DNA from: Takakia lepidozioides
Taxonomy: Eukaryota; Plantae; Bryophyta
Length of the DNA: 64,000 nucleotides
NCBI GenBank assembly: GCA_030704615.1
Contig: CM060731.1
Location: 48,174,001 to 48,238,000 of the forward strand
Direction: 5' to 3'
Below the pieces are notes generated by a model that was not told the origin of the DNA, ran no database searches, and saw nothing but the letters and a program-made list of their open reading frames with translations. Below, in pieces: positions 48,141-61,313 of this stretch. How positions within the stretch are numbered: position 1 is the stretch's first letter; every line of letters starts with the position of its first letter. The position numbers and the translations under genes were made by a program.

Positions 48141-49557
48141 GGCTCGGAGATGTACATGTAGCATATGGAATCTTGACCAAATGTTTCATTCAGCGTCCCT
48201 CATATCTCTTGCGCATTGTTCTACCCAGCCCAGATTTCCTACACCTCTTATTTGAGTTTGATACTACCATGATGACTATCTTTGAGAGATTGTTAGGAGC
48301 AGGAGCTCTGGAGGGTGCTCGAGGACTTTTGCCACGACAGCAAGCCACCCTGCCCGTCTCTTCCGGTGGTGTGGGTCTTTTGTCCACTGCCGCCCCGTCA
48401 GCTTTTCTCGGCGGTTGGGCGTTGGTTGGGCCAGCCTTCGCTTCACGATTTCTCTGTGACCATCGTCCCATCCTTATGGATGCCGTTGCACATGTCGATA
48501 ATGACATTTTACCCTTCTAGCAGCATCTCCGTTCTGCACGAGATCTTCTTTCGGCACCGGCGCGAGCATGTCTACCACCATTTGAGCAGTTGGTTGCTCA
48601 AGGCCTCGACCATCTTCAGGAGTCCATTTTCGAGCGCGTGTACCGTCATTCTTTTTCCGGCATGCTTTCAAGTGTTTTTTCTGAGTTGCATCGAGCCCAA
48701 CTTCTATCATGCGCAGGACCCGGAGCAGGGACATGGTTGACAACACGACCCACTATCGCACCTTTTTGCCTTTCATCCTCTATTTTCACTACTGCGCTCC
48801 GCCTTCGACTCGGTTTGCCTCATCCTTCGGCATTGGGCCTTCAACGCTGCGTCTGTCATCAACCCATCGATGACCTTGCCATCCATCTCCTCCGCTGTCC
48901 ATGTGGTGGTGAGCGCACTGCGTCTCATGATATGGTTCGCGATGCGGTGACATCTATTGCTCGGGAGGCAGGGTATCATGTACTGCGTGAGCAACCACAT
49001 CTACGACCCACGCTCACGTCCCACTCTACACGCCGCCGTGTTGACATCGTCCTATCTAGAGATGGTTTGCGTACCCTAGCGGATGTCGTTCTCGCTGACC
49101 CCACTCGAGCGGATCTGCTATCTCGCGCAGCTACCACACCAGACTCGACAACCACTGTAGCAGCTCAGGTCAAGGAGCGCGACTATAACGATCGCCACCC
49201 CACCGACATATTTCTTCGCAGGCGGTTGAGATATTTGGCTCATTGCACCGGCAGTTCGACGATTTCCTGCGGACATGTGCATATCATGCAACCAAGAGCG
49301 GGTCCATTGGCATCCCACATGCCTCCGTCCTTGTCGCCTACTATTGACAGCATATTTCAGTTGCTTTGCAGAGAGCACAAGCCAAACCTATTTTGCATCG
49401 GGCTGATGTGGCTAGTTCCGCGTCATTTCATCTTCCGCCTATGCCTGATACTTTGCCTATCTCCTTGCCTGATCTCCTCCAGGCTGTTGGCTGCGAGGGT
49501 CGCTTTGCTTGAGTAGCTTACTATAGCTTCTGTTTTCGTCGCTGGTTGAGTAGCTTA
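48141..49557 (+). mobile_element. 5'-truncated CRE-like (restriction-like endonuclease) non-LTR retrotransposon; 3' tail resumes at 50735
   Basis: QATLPVSSGGVGL, AGTWL, ALRLRLGLP, CVC...HLLRC, SHDMVRD, RVDIV...LADV, KERDY. Stop near 48518 and a frameshift near 49215. Confidence 0.8.
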
Positions 49558-50734
49558 GGCCCCGGCCGCACCTGCCAGTTAGGAAGTCAATTAGGTTAGC
49601 CAATTGGCGTTAGCGGCACGACGACGGCTGCACCTGCCGATTAGGAAGCCGGTGAGCTAACCGGCTATTAACTGCCGTTAAATCCTGTAACGGGAAGTGG
49701 CTGATATTTAACACCTCCTCCCATGGAGGTGTTAAACCTCGGGCTGTGATTAAAAATCGGGCAGCGCGAGCTCAAGCCATGCATCGCGTTCTTAAAACTC
49801 GTTCCATTACCATAGAGTGCAGTGCTTGGCGCTTGATTGCTTGGCCCTCTTCGCTGTGGCTACTTGGTATTTTTTGAGTGCAGTGCTTCTTTGCTTTTCT
49901 GCGACAAACTTGATACCTTCCTAGCTCTGCATTGTGGCTTTACGCATCTTCCGATTGTGTTCCTTCATCAGGTGGTGACAAATTTGGCACTTTCTAGGTC
50001 CTTTTGGGAGAGAGTGAGTTGAAAGAGAGAGTCTCTCTGAGTTGAATTCCCTGGAATTTTTGAATGTCCACACAACAAAGGTACTTGTGTGCTGAAGGTG
50101 GAAAATCTGATTGCTCAAGTGAAGCTGCAGATATTGAGAAACAGGTGCTATCAATGCTCGTACACAAGGGAGAGCTTCCTAGGCTATGGACTTGCCAGGT
50201 GGAACATCTAGGCTTGTCTTATCTACATATGCGAATGTTGTTAGATCTGAGAAAACTAGTTACCTCCAACCAGACTTGCTTGAATTGCACCGAATAGTAT
50301 CAGGATAACTGCCCAATCAATTCGAACAAAGAGTCCAAGCGAGGGCAGAGCACACCTCCAACGCAATTTCCCCATAACCAATGCAGCAAAAGAAAAAGGC
50401 TTACATTAAATTAAATTCAGCTGCTCCAGACCGTCATATGCGGGGCTCTTGCTTCTTGCCGTCCCAGTGCCTGCAAGAATGAAAGTCACAGATAACAGAG
50501 AAAAAGGATTCTTCCAGATTGTACAACGCCATAGCTCGTGCGCACGGGGAGAGAGAAGAGGGCGATGCCATCGTGCGGGCAGGAAAGGAATTCGGGCAGC
50601 AGCACGGTTTGTTAACTATGTTGCACCAGTTAACTTAACCAGCAGGTGCGGCTGGGGATTAATTAGCTATCAGGCCAGTCACGTAACTGACCGGTTAACT
50701 GTCGGTTACGTAACCGGCAGGAGCGGCCGGGGCC
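49558..50734. mobile_element. Non-autonomous PIF/Harbinger-type DNA transposon
   Basis: TIR GGCCCCGGCCGC(A/T)CCTGCC(A/G)GTTA (22 of 24 match), 3-bp TSD TTA at 49555-49557 and 50735-50737, subterminal taac/gtta motifs. Confidence 0.88.
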
Positions 50735-51469
50735 TTACTATAGCTTTTGTTTTCTTCTCTAGCTGAGTAGCTTACTATAGCTTTTTGTTTTCTTCTCTTG
50801 TTTCTTGTTTCCCCCCCCCCCTTTTGGGAACTTCTCATCCTATGTACAATGGGTGAACGTACATAGGATAAGAACCTATTTACATGTACCTCAACTTCTC
50901 ATCCTATGTAGCAGCAAATGAGGCAGAGAGGCAAGTTTTCAATGATCAAAACTCGCATCACTCAATACTTTTGCACTGACTCCAAGATATGGAGGACCCA
51001 GACATCACCCAGACATCAGACACGATAGTCACAAGCATGCGAGAGAAAGTTAAAGGACATTGCAGGACAATCTGTGCAACATTATAAATATAATCTCTTT
51101 CCATGTGGCCTGTGATGACCACCATAAGCCTTTGCCTGATTGGCACTGTGTACATCTCAATATTTACAGCATTACCTCACTTACCTCCTTCGATGGAGGC
51201 TGCACACCACAAAGCCACATTTTCATGGGGGCCAGCAGAGAAGAATGAGGGAGAGACAGAGACCACATGCACCCAGCAACAAAGGAAATGAAGCCATGGT
51301 TCATAAAGATAGTTTCTTAACATTTTGGGGAAGTGGCCAAGTTCTCAGCCGCCTTATGAAATGACATGTCTGTCCCTCTCCCTTCTATCAATCTACAAGG
51401 AGTATAATGGATACATCTGTATTGTGCGCATCCACAGTAGGAAACGCTATGTGGTGGAGGAATGGTTAA

Positions 51470-52729
51470 CTATTCACAGTCATCTCTCATGATACCTTCA
51501 TACTTCTCTAAATTGCGCCATTTGTCCTTCAGATCGACCTCAGTACGTTTTTGAAATACAGCAGAGTTTTTGTGGAGAATCACCTTCCAACAACCCTTGC
51601 CATACTTCTGGACTTCTCTCTTGAGAACGTCAACTTCCTCATCAGACCACCTGATACGTTTCCGTCTCTCTTGCTGGCCCCTTGGAGCTGACATTGCTGG
51701 TCCATTTTCAGTAACTGATGGCATCCGTAAAGGGCTCTTGACGACTGGCAAGCGCACCCGTCTTGACGCAGATGGAGAATTGTATGCGGGGCTCTCGGCT
51801 CTCTCATTGTCGTTCCATTCATGAGCTTGTGCGGAGGGGTGAGGATCCAGAAGGCTACGTTTAGCACTTGGTCCAACAGTTTGTTCTCCTCTGTATGTGC
51901 CTGGCAAAACCTGAGCAGCACCATCCAATTTTTCCAAGATTGCAGGAAGTGGGTCCTTCACACTCGACCGAAGCTGGGCACAGCTCTCTAGCAATCCTCG
52001 TCTCCCTCGCTCCAATTCCTGACCAGCCGCATTCATAGAGGAGATGTCAACCTCCCCTTCGGGATTGTACACTCCTCTGGCCACGCCCATCTCAATTTTC
52101 TGAAGGAACACGGTTCCAATCTCTGTCCATGCTTTATCAATAAAATCTCTTAGTCTGCGTTCAACTTCGCTCTGTTTGCCAATACCATCTACTTCCTGGG
52201 GTGCCTCTGCGTCAGCTAGTCCCTGTCGAAGCTCGTCCATCACCTCCTTCGTTAACTTCATGAGACTATTATGCTTACTTTCTACATGTTCTCCATCAAT
52301 TTGGTCCTTATCCCCTCGTCTCCCAGCCCCCGTCTGCCCTGGTTCTCCACGAGAGGCCTTCACTCGTTTTCTTCTCCTTTCCTTATCACCGAAGACGGTA
52401 CCATTTTCTCTGTCTCTCCCTGATTCTAGAAGTTCCAAAAGCCCCTCAAGAGTGTTTAGGGCTTTGTGCAAATCCAATCCTTTGGAAACTTGGCCGGATA
52501 GATCCTTCAGTAATACCATCTGCTTCAGCCGCGGAGCGTCGTTAGGGAAGGACAGGGCATCCATCAACGCCTTCATCACTCTTGCGTTCGAGGAGAACTT
52601 GAGCACATATTCCCATATCCAAGCCCTAATGAATTCCTCGCGTTGTATGTCGTCCTTCGTCAGCTTTCTGTGTGCTGAGATGTCCGAACTCTGCCCACCT
52701 GCCATCACTGTCCTCTCATGCATAGACAC
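51470..52729 (-). CDS. TRF-like telomere repeat-binding protein (C-terminal telobox Myb domain), intronless
   Basis: RIRWSDEEVDVLKREVQKYGKGCWKVIL...RTEVDLKDKWRNL telobox at the C-terminus; N-terminal WIWEYVL...PRLKQMVLL resembles plant TRFL proteins. First ATG at 52723. Confidence 0.9.
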   Translation of the reverse strand: MSMHERTVMAGGQSSDISAHRKLTKDDIQREEFIRAWIWEYVLKFSSNARVMKALMDALSFPNDAPRLKQMVLLKDLSGQVSKGLDLHKALNTLEGLLELLESGRDRENGTVFGDKERRRKRVKASRGEPGQTGAGRRGDKDQIDGEHVESKHNSLMKLTKEVMDELRQGLADAEAPQEVDGIGKQSEVERRLRDFIDKAWTEIGTVFLQKIEMGVARGVYNPEGEVDISSMNAAGQELERGRRGLLESCAQLRSSVKDPLPAILEKLDGAAQVLPGTYRGEQTVGPSAKRSLLDPHPSAQAHEWNDNERAESPAYNSPSASRRVRLPVVKSPLRMPSVTENGPAMSAPRGQQERRKRIRWSDEEVDVLKREVQKYGKGCWKVILHKNSAVFQKRTEVDLKDKWRNLEKYEGIMRDDCE

Positions 52730-52992
52730 ACTGATGAATCTCCGTTCCCCTCTGATTCGTTCTGGTTCGACACATCTCTCTCTCTCCCATATGCTTTTTG
52801 GGATTTCCCTGGACCTTTCAGGATTCTTCTCTCTACCCGAGTCCTATCGAAATCAAAAGACGGAGACCTGTGATTGCGATCAGAATGTGATTAGGGTTAC
52901 ATAAGTACAATTTGTGCGCTGACCCATGGGTAGGTCAACTCGGGCCACTTTTGTGGAACCGGATTTTCAACTCTGGCTATGGCGTGAGAACG

Positions 52993-54735
52993 ATGCTTGC
53001 TAAGATCAGTATGCCTGGCAGTTACTCTCTTCAAGGGGCGTACTTGGGGAATGGACGAAGTATACAACAGACATATGAACAATCTCTATGCAGATTTCGA
53101 GAAAAACATTCCGTAGCCTGCAAGCTACAGTTCCTCCCACGGTGCAGAGCTGTTTTCAGCTACTTGATTCGAATTCAGCATCCAAGACGAGGCTTCACGT
53201 TGAACTGCGGCAATGTTACGAGGAAAAAAGCGACGGCAGAGGATTATCATTTTGAAGCGCATAACGGTCACGGATTTCAGGAGAATGTAGGTGCCAAAGG
53301 GGATAATAACATCCAGGAAAAGGCAGGGAGCGAGATGCAGGCAGCTGAAGATGATCGGGGGGGCCTCGTACCTGACGAGGACTATCAGATGCTTGTAAAA
53401 TTTAGAAGCAGGTGAGTCCAGTGGGGCCGTCCCTGAGCTTACACTAACCAGGGTTTCAATGTTAAACGGATCAGCTCATGTTTGAGGCTCCTTTCATTCA
53501 TTGAAGTAGAAAAGATGCTGAACGCACCTGCGAGAGTTGCAGTTCTTAAATTCTGCACGACTAGATGAAGGTTGGATCCCCCCCATTCACTTTTGAATGT
53601 TGAACATTACGATGTTTTATGACAGGTACAATTTGGTACAAGTTCTGGAGGTAGCAAGAAGAGCTGACCATCCACTAGCTGGAGCCCGACTTCTTCTCCT
53701 GGACACACCTGGTAATATTCAAAGTGTCTATCTTGAATACAAAGTGCTCACAAATTCGTATTATGATGTGTTTGCAACCCTTCCTCCCCTCCTCCCCCAA
53801 GGCCCTGTGGGGATTCTTGGACTAGGAGCAGGCACTGCTGCCCGTATCCTGCATTACTTTTGGCCCACTGTAAACATGCATGGGTGGGAGCTTGACCCAG
53901 CAGTAATTTTGGTGGCAAGACAGTTCTTTCATCTGTCAGAGCTGGAAGAGGGGAATGAAGAAATGCTAGATGAGAGAGAGTCTGCATTTGGAATAGTGGA
54001 CAGACCTCGTTTTGAAGGATACAGATCTGGAAGAATGTCTGGGGCCAGTGAAGATGTACAGGAGGAAGATGGGGACCACCCACACAGATCAACTGTTTTC
54101 AGAGTGACAGAAGAATGTGCAGCGGAAAATTGGACCCGACAAAGGCTTGGTGGTAGAAAGTCTGGAAGGCTAGTGGTGCACATAGGGGATGCCCTGGGCA
54201 GTGATGCAACAATAGAGGGGGGATTTGCAGGTTTGTTAGTGGATATGTTTGCTGAAGGGGCAGTCATCCCAGCCCTTCAACACCCAGAGACATGGCAGCA
54301 ACTGAAGGACAGACTGCGGCCTGAAGGTAAGGTTGCACTCAATATGTACTATCTGTGATTGTACCGAAACCTCATTGTCCTGCATGCCACATATTCTAAG
54401 ATCGAAAGGGAAGCAAGTGACACATACATAGGGGGAGCGTATCTACATGCATCTCACATACTGTGTTGGCATTTGAAGGTCGCATAATGGTAAACTGTGG
54501 AGGCTCCTGCGTTGAAGCAGAGGGTGTAAGTAGAAGGGACGGCCAGGTTACTATGGAGGAGACAATTGCTGCCATGGCTAAGGTTTTCCCTGGTAAGCTC
54601 TGCATACGATCTTTAGGTGGGAAGGGGAAAAATTCATTGGCCCTGACTGGGCCTCACCCTGTTCTGCAGACTTGGAAGGGAGCACTGCCTGAGTGCTTGC
54701 AAGTAGGTATCTCAGATTGGGTGCTTGTTCCCTAA
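52993..54735 (+). CDS. SAM-dependent methyltransferase-fold protein (spermidine synthase-like), 3 exons: 52993-53411, 53626-54326, 54479-54735
   Basis: GILGLGAGTAA, GWELDPAVI, LLVDMF, RLRPE|GRIMVNCGG; GT-AG junctions preserve the frame. Confidence 0.88.
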
Positions 54736-57700
54736 TGTTTTCCGAGCAAATGTGGTACTCATCTTTCTCTCCAGCCGTTCACTCTGGTACAACACACTCA
54801 TGAGATGACCATGCCCTTCAGAAAGTGTCCACCAAATTTTGTATAACAACAAAATTTACTTGAAGCTAGACTTTCAAATTAGATGACTGACTGAACTTTC
54901 TAATTCCACTGCTGAGGGTGCATATGGTGATGTAACATAGTAAGAATCTAGGCCTCTCATTTTATATTGATGATTACCATAGGCCTATCCAATCAAGATG
55001 GTATTACTAACCACTGGGTAATACTGTCAAGTAGATATTTCACTTTGATAGCTCCATGGTGAAAAGTCTCCTTTCGCTTGCATGGTCATGACATAACACT
55101 TATCATGACCTAAGGAAGGGATAGGTGTCTGACAAGGACTAAGAAGCAAAAAAAGTGTACAAGTCTTTTTCAAAGCAGATTTACCAAATCTTTCAGAATT
55201 TGACAATTTCGTGTCAATCTGAAACCTGTCATTGGAGAACTTATCATGTTGAGCAGATTTAGTAAATGTCAGACTTTACGAAGACTCCCAAGTTATTTGT
55301 TTATCATACTTCCGAAGTTGTTCATCCTTTGTCATTGTGCTTAGGAGGATCAAAACTGTAATAGTACTCTCTCTTTTGGTAAGTCAGGTTCAAAGGAGTG
55401 ATGTTGCTGATTGTTTGCAAATCAATGCTCCATGTTATTACTCCTCTTACCTGACATGAAATGCAAACTTATCATGGTAAGATTCTTGTCCCTAAATCCA
55501 GTGAGTGGATAAATCTTGAATGGTCAAGAGCCAAGTGGAGGATACCACAATTACAAGTGATGTATCTTCATGAATGTAGATTCATGAAATCGTGAGAAGA
55601 AGCAGACATGTTGAACCTGGGCATTGTTGTATGCCCACTGGTTGGCAGAGGCTGCGACCCTGCAACCCCTGTGCAAGTTCCATGGTCCATCTACAAAGCT
55701 TTGAGGGTTGCCAAGGTTACATGATACAGACGTCATGATACTGCATTGATAGTGATAGCAATTGCCTGTTCTGTGAGCTGGACTGTGCCGAGGTAGCTTG
55801 ACATTGGTGGACCTGACTATTGAGCTCTTACGCAAAAACCATTACCCCACTGGTATTAAAAAATTATGATACTAATACAACACTGGTCTCAGCTATACCG
55901 TTGGTTGGAAGTGGGTCGAGTACCCAACCGTCAACCTCGACCATTGCGACTTCCATGGCATCTACAACGACATTCTCACCGACCCAGAAGACCAAAGTGC
56001 AACTCATGCCCTAAATTCAAAGCACCAGTAAGTCGTCTTTTTCTAAAGTTGCCTTGTCTTGTCTTTTCAAAAGTTCAAACTACAAGCATTCATGGTACAG
56101 TACTTGAAACGGAGAAAGAATCGAAGATCTACCTGGAATTTCTGAAAGAGCGTCGAAGTACAGATCGATCACCTGACGAAGAAACTCGAAACAGAAGAAC
56201 AACATCCTAAAAATGCAGCCTCGAAGATCAGAGATACTTCAGTGCCACAAAGACGAGCACCTGGTGCTCAAGTACAAGGTCGCAGTGGAGACAAAAAGCT
56301 GAACTGTATCCATTTCTTTCCCTGTCTGTACCCTTTGTTCTACTGCGTGGCTTGTGTTATCATCTCGGTGGGCCATGATGATCAAGGTACAGCACTCGAA
56401 GCTTTACCGAATCATGGTGGTTGCACAAACGATCTAAAGTGCTCACCGTATCATCTTTACGCTTTACCGATTGTCCTTGGTCAAGAGTTTTCTCGGAAAC
56501 CTAATTGATCTGCGATGATGCTTTCAAGGTGCAACCCCACTGGCATTGAACTTTTCTCCTAATAGCTCCATTCGCAACAACCATGAAAGTTGTGCTTGAG
56601 GCTTTTCATGCAAAAAGAGGTTTCGAAGTGAAGTGCAATTGCTTCGTTACTCTGTGGCTCCTCACCATTCTTGTCCACCTGTGTATCAATCTGCTTACGA
56701 TGGCCTTTCTCTACCTGTGTCTTGTGATAAGATGTTAGCGAGCATTACCCTCATCTACATTACGCTAATCTGCAATTAAGCTTAATTCATACTGAGCACT
56801 ACTACCCTCTGTCTTGCTTCCCTTACTCTCATGTTCTCCACATGGATCCTTCAAATAATCCATCCCTACACTAAACACAGTATGCAGGCTTTGTGAAGCC
56901 ACTGTTTCCAAGGGAGTGCCTGAGAAATATATGTGATCCAGATAAGCTTATGCTAGTACAAGTGTGCATGCTTGCAACTTGATCTGTAGACTACTGAAGG
57001 GCAGTCGACTAGTTTTTCTAGATACTTGCACTTATTTTCGGGCCATCATTAGACTTAGGAGTCAATTTTTGTGTGACCAAATAGATTTGCCATCCCCCAA
57101 GGTAGTGGTCTTCCTCCTTACAGTGTCTCCACGATCCCCACCACCACCAATGACAAGTATTTTGACCCATAAATTAGTGTAGGAGGCTTCCCTGTTTGGA
57201 AGCGCGATCCCCTCATATGGAGGCCCTTAATCTGACCATGATATTAAATGCATGAGCATGTACTGAAACCTCAAACAGAAAGTGAGAAAGATTAACTTTG
57301 GATAAAGCTTCCAGGGCAAAGTCCCTGTTATCTAGAAAAAAAAAAAACTTTGGATTTGGTTCTAGGGTATCGATGACTCAGTAAGCACAGATAATATGAT
57401 TGTAGGGGTATTGTTTTAGATGTATGAAATTGATTTGTTATGTCCTTTCGAAGCATGGAAGAGAAGGATCATTCATGGACACAGCAGAACAAGAGTTGTG
57501 AAAGATAAGTTCAGTTTTCATGGGAAAAATAAATGAAACATCCTCGATACATCCTCAGACACCATATAATTCACTAAGATTGACGGTGACTGTCACACTT
57601 TGCATTAATCATCTATTGAATCTTGCAGACTCTTTGGAAAAACATCCCTAGGGATCAAGTGTTGAGGGAAATTGTAGATTATCTTGGATTGATCTTAACA

Positions 57701-58109
57701 TTAAAGAGACTGGCCACTGACAGTGACATGAAGCTTCCTGATTTGCGCTCATGAATGAGTCATGAATATCAACTACATATAAACATTTCTAAATTGTTTA
57801 GTAGGCACTCGTCAACTTTTGATGAGACGTGCCCAATCTCTAGTCGCACCCAAGTTCATGCATGTACCAAACTGGAGACCTCCATCACTAAACTGATCTG
57901 ACTGGAAAACCCTTATCACTGTCCCACAAAGTGCTTGAGCACCACATGTACACTTGGGCCTGTGCCTGAAAAAAGCATAGATGTGATGCAGTTATGCAAA
58001 GGGAAACTTTTCGATTGCCCTAGAAAATTTTTGAAGCTGGAAAGAGTGATCAGTCTTTTGCAGTTCCGCTCATATGCAGGGAGAAATAGCTGTTCAACGA
58101 ATCCTGCTT

Positions 58110-59456
58110 TTAGCTGGCCCTCTCTTTCGTACGCAGTAGAACTCTTCCGACTCGGTTGGTGGAGTTTTCCTCTTTCCAGTGACTGCTTGAAACATGAGAA
58201 GATGTCACACGAATATTTGTATCTTCAGATTCAGACTCGTGATCGGAAAGATCAATGTAGGCCGCCCCTATGGGTGGAGCTTTCCTCTTTCCACTGCTTG
58301 AAACAGTCTCTTGAGAAGATGTCACACGAATATTTGTATCTTCAGATTCAGACTCGTAATCGGAAAGATCAATGTAGGGCGCCCCTTTCATAGACCTAAC
58401 ACCACCTGACTCATGTTGAACAGTCATGTACAGATTACCTTCTGTCTTCTTCTGCACCTCTCCATATGAAGCGCCAGATTCACTGTCGAAGGTGCTACTA
58501 GTGGAGTCCCCGCAGGATTCGTCGCTGGTGGAGTCGCAGGATTCGCTGCTGGTGGAGCAGCAAGATTCAACGCCTTGAGCGGGTCTCATTTGCTGGAAAG
58601 CGTGCTTGTCCAATTCTGCAGCTTGACAAGGATACCGACCAGTTAAAGCTTCGACAGACTCACAGTCTGAAAGATCGATGTAGAGAGTAGGCCGAGTTGT
58701 TCCTGAAGCAGATTCACACTCCGAAAGATCGATGTAACAAATATGTCGAACACCAGTGCCACTAGTTGCATCATCATCTTCTGCATCAACAGTGTGCAAG
58801 GGAACTCCTTTCTTCATCAACGTGCAGCTCAATTGCGCCGCTGCACACGAATACTCCCCACTTGATTCTTCACAGTCATATCCCTCCGAAGCTAAAGCTC
58901 CAACACCACCCACGTTATCCATATTCATGCCTACTTGAGCGCTGCGATCATCATCTTCTGCATCAACAGTGTGCAAGGGAACTCCTTTCTTCATCAACGT
59001 GCAGCTCAATTGCGCCGCTGCACACGAATACTCCCCACTTGATTCTTCACAGTCATATCCCTCCGAAGCTAAAGCTCCAACACCACCCACGTTATCCATA
59101 TTCATGCCTACTTGAGCGCTGTGATCATCATCTTCTGCATCAACAGTGTGCAAGGGAACTCCTTTCTTCATCAACTTGCAGCTCCATTGCGTCGCTGCAC
59201 ACGAATACTCCCGACATGATTCTTCACATGAGTCATATCTCTCCGAAGCAAAAGCTCCAACACCACCCACGTTATCCATGTTCATGCCTACTTGAGCGCT
59301 GTGATCATCATCTTCTACATCAACAGTGTGCAAGGGAGCTCCTTTCTTCATCAACTTGCAGCTCCATTGCGTCGCTGCACACGAATACTCCCGACATGAT
59401 TCTTCACATGAGTCATATCCCTCCGAAGCAAAACCACCCACGTTATCCATATTCAT
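58110..59456 (-). CDS. Acidic tandem-repeat protein of unknown function with four YIDLS-acidic motifs
   Basis: 448-aa open frame across repeats whose indels are multiples of 3; coding status unproven. Confidence 0.45.
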   Translation of the reverse strand: MNMDNVGGFASEGYDSCEESCREYSCAATQWSCKLMKKGAPLHTVDVEDDDHSAQVGMNMDNVGGVGAFASERYDSCEESCREYSCAATQWSCKLMKKGVPLHTVDAEDDDHSAQVGMNMDNVGGVGALASEGYDCEESSGEYSCAAAQLSCTLMKKGVPLHTVDAEDDDRSAQVGMNMDNVGGVGALASEGYDCEESSGEYSCAAAQLSCTLMKKGVPLHTVDAEDDDATSGTGVRHICYIDLSECESASGTTRPTLYIDLSDCESVEALTGRYPCQAAELDKHAFQQMRPAQGVESCCSTSSESCDSTSDESCGDSTSSTFDSESGASYGEVQKKTEGNLYMTVQHESGGVRSMKGAPYIDLSDYESESEDTNIRVTSSQETVSSSGKRKAPPIGAAYIDLSDHESESEDTNIRVTSSHVSSSHWKEENSTNRVGRVLLRTKERAS

Positions 59457-59477
59457 GCCTACTTGAGCGCTGTGATG
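58768..59477. repeat. About four tandem repeats of ~177-180 bp
   Basis: Unit catcatcttctgcatcaacagtgtgcaaggga...ccacccacgttatccatattcatgcctacttgagcgctg. A second ~120-bp pair lies at 58195-58390. Confidence 0.95.
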
Positions 59478-61313
59478 ATTCGAGTACTGTATCTAGATTC
59501 AGCCGGAGGCAAACATAAGTGCTGGTCCAAAGCAAGAATGCTCACTGAAAGAGAACACAGAACAGAGTGTCCAAAAGTATGGGGCACCCAACAAATAGGG
59601 TAGCAAATGCTCTCTACGAAGCCACCTTTCCACTTTTAATAGATAGCTTTTTGCAGCTGGGTGAAAACTTTTCCTTCAAGATATCTCTAAATTGGGCAAA
59701 AGAGTCTTTACAAGTTCTGTGTGTATATTTTGATGAGGGCTAAGTTATTTCTTGGAGCTTCCCGCTGCCAACACGCGCCAGATTCACAGCGTAGGGAAGG
59801 TTCCACATTTTTCTCCTTGTAAGGGAATTGTGAGCTGTCCGCTTTGAGGGTTGGGATTTGGATTGAGAGAGGATGGCATGGGTTTCTCGTTTTCTCCCTC
59901 CAACTCTACTTAGATTCCGAGTTGTCAGATGGTCGCAGAAACCGGACGAACTGAATCTGAAAATGGGTTCTCTCCTCCAACCCTTCCATTTCAGGTGCCC
60001 AGTGAAAGATTATTGCAGAAAACAGGCAAGAGAGGAATCCAAAAGTTGAGTTTGAGGAACCAATTCGATGTTCGCGTTGGAACTAAATCCAGAAGTGTGA
60101 CACTTCGCACCCAATACACTGTTTTATCAGCAGAGATGCGCCAGCAACAAGCGATCCTTAGAGCGGTACAGGTTGCTATCCATTCTTCTGGCTCACCGGA
60201 GTCCCGCCATAGCGGAGTCTGTGATGTTCAGATGTGTACCTATTATCCTTGTAAAGCAAGGATAGGAAAACATCTCTCTCACTGTGGCAGATAGAGACAT
60301 TCAGATAAAATTCTCGCAAATGCTACCGCCGCCATTCAAGCCAACCTTGGAGAGAAGAGTAGACAGCTAAACACCGAGCCCTTGTCCTAGGTGATGCAAC
60401 CTGGCCAATCTTAGGAATCTCTTGAAGGCCACCAAGTAGGTATGAAGAATTTGGGGGAATTGAGCAAATTAGGGGTCCACAGTCTTTGAAGAAAATATGT
60501 GAAGAAGAGCCATGTTATAGATCTGCGCCGCTGAAGCTCAACAAGTCGAACAAATGCACAAAATCCTCCAAGTTTGTGTGCCCATAACAAGGTTAGATTC
60601 AAAGTGCATGTGTAAGACAGTAGTTGGCTGTGTCTTTCAGAGTTAAGAGCCTCTGCTGTTCGAAGAGGATGACATAATAGTAACACTACCATACAATAGG
60701 AATCTAAAAATGTTCAACTGAAATGCCTATGTGGTGTATTGAGGGTACTATGTATCCGCCCCACTCTAAGACACATTTCTCTTTGTGAAAGTCTGTAATA
60801 CTGTACAGTTCAGCTACTATATGTCTGACATTGCCCCAGTCAACCAAAATGAGGGTGGCCTCATCCTAAATATGTGTGTAGGTGAATGTCTCAGTCTGCA
60901 TCTCTGCCTACAATGTCTACTAAGAGTGCTGTATAACCAAAACAGTGGCAGCTTATAGGTGAGACTACAATTTCTGTACAGGTTCAGAATCCCATGCCTC
61001 GCAAGTGGAGTATCATGGCACCCTTGACACTGTGTGTATATGAGAATATGTGCAGCTCCAACATTGCAGTGCTAATTGATCATTCTGCCATCCGGAGCAT
61101 GGTTAATTCATGGTGCACATTTGCTGCTCATGCTCTTACTCCAGAGCAAATTATAAACACTTGGTTGATGTCTTACTCAGCAGCCGGGGCTAAATGTCCT
61201 GATGTCACCTCATCCTGCAATGCAAAGACAATCAAACATTGTTGTCAGACCAAAAGTGTTTCTTCATGGATCTCACATGCAGTATTGAAATACTCATCTG
61301 GAATTCAAGTCCT

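Noticed and set aside
52176-52904. 242-aa plus-strand ORF and similar short antisense ORFs across the window
   Set aside because: Shadow frames opposite well-supported genes, with no recognisable motifs.
52935-52950. Site II (TGGGCY) promoter motif partnering a telo-box
   Set aside because: The sequence is cgggcca, not a match, and the telo-box-like word is a single imperfect copy.
54800-58000. Short ORFs in the intergenic region
   Set aside because: No motifs, repeats or termini I could support.
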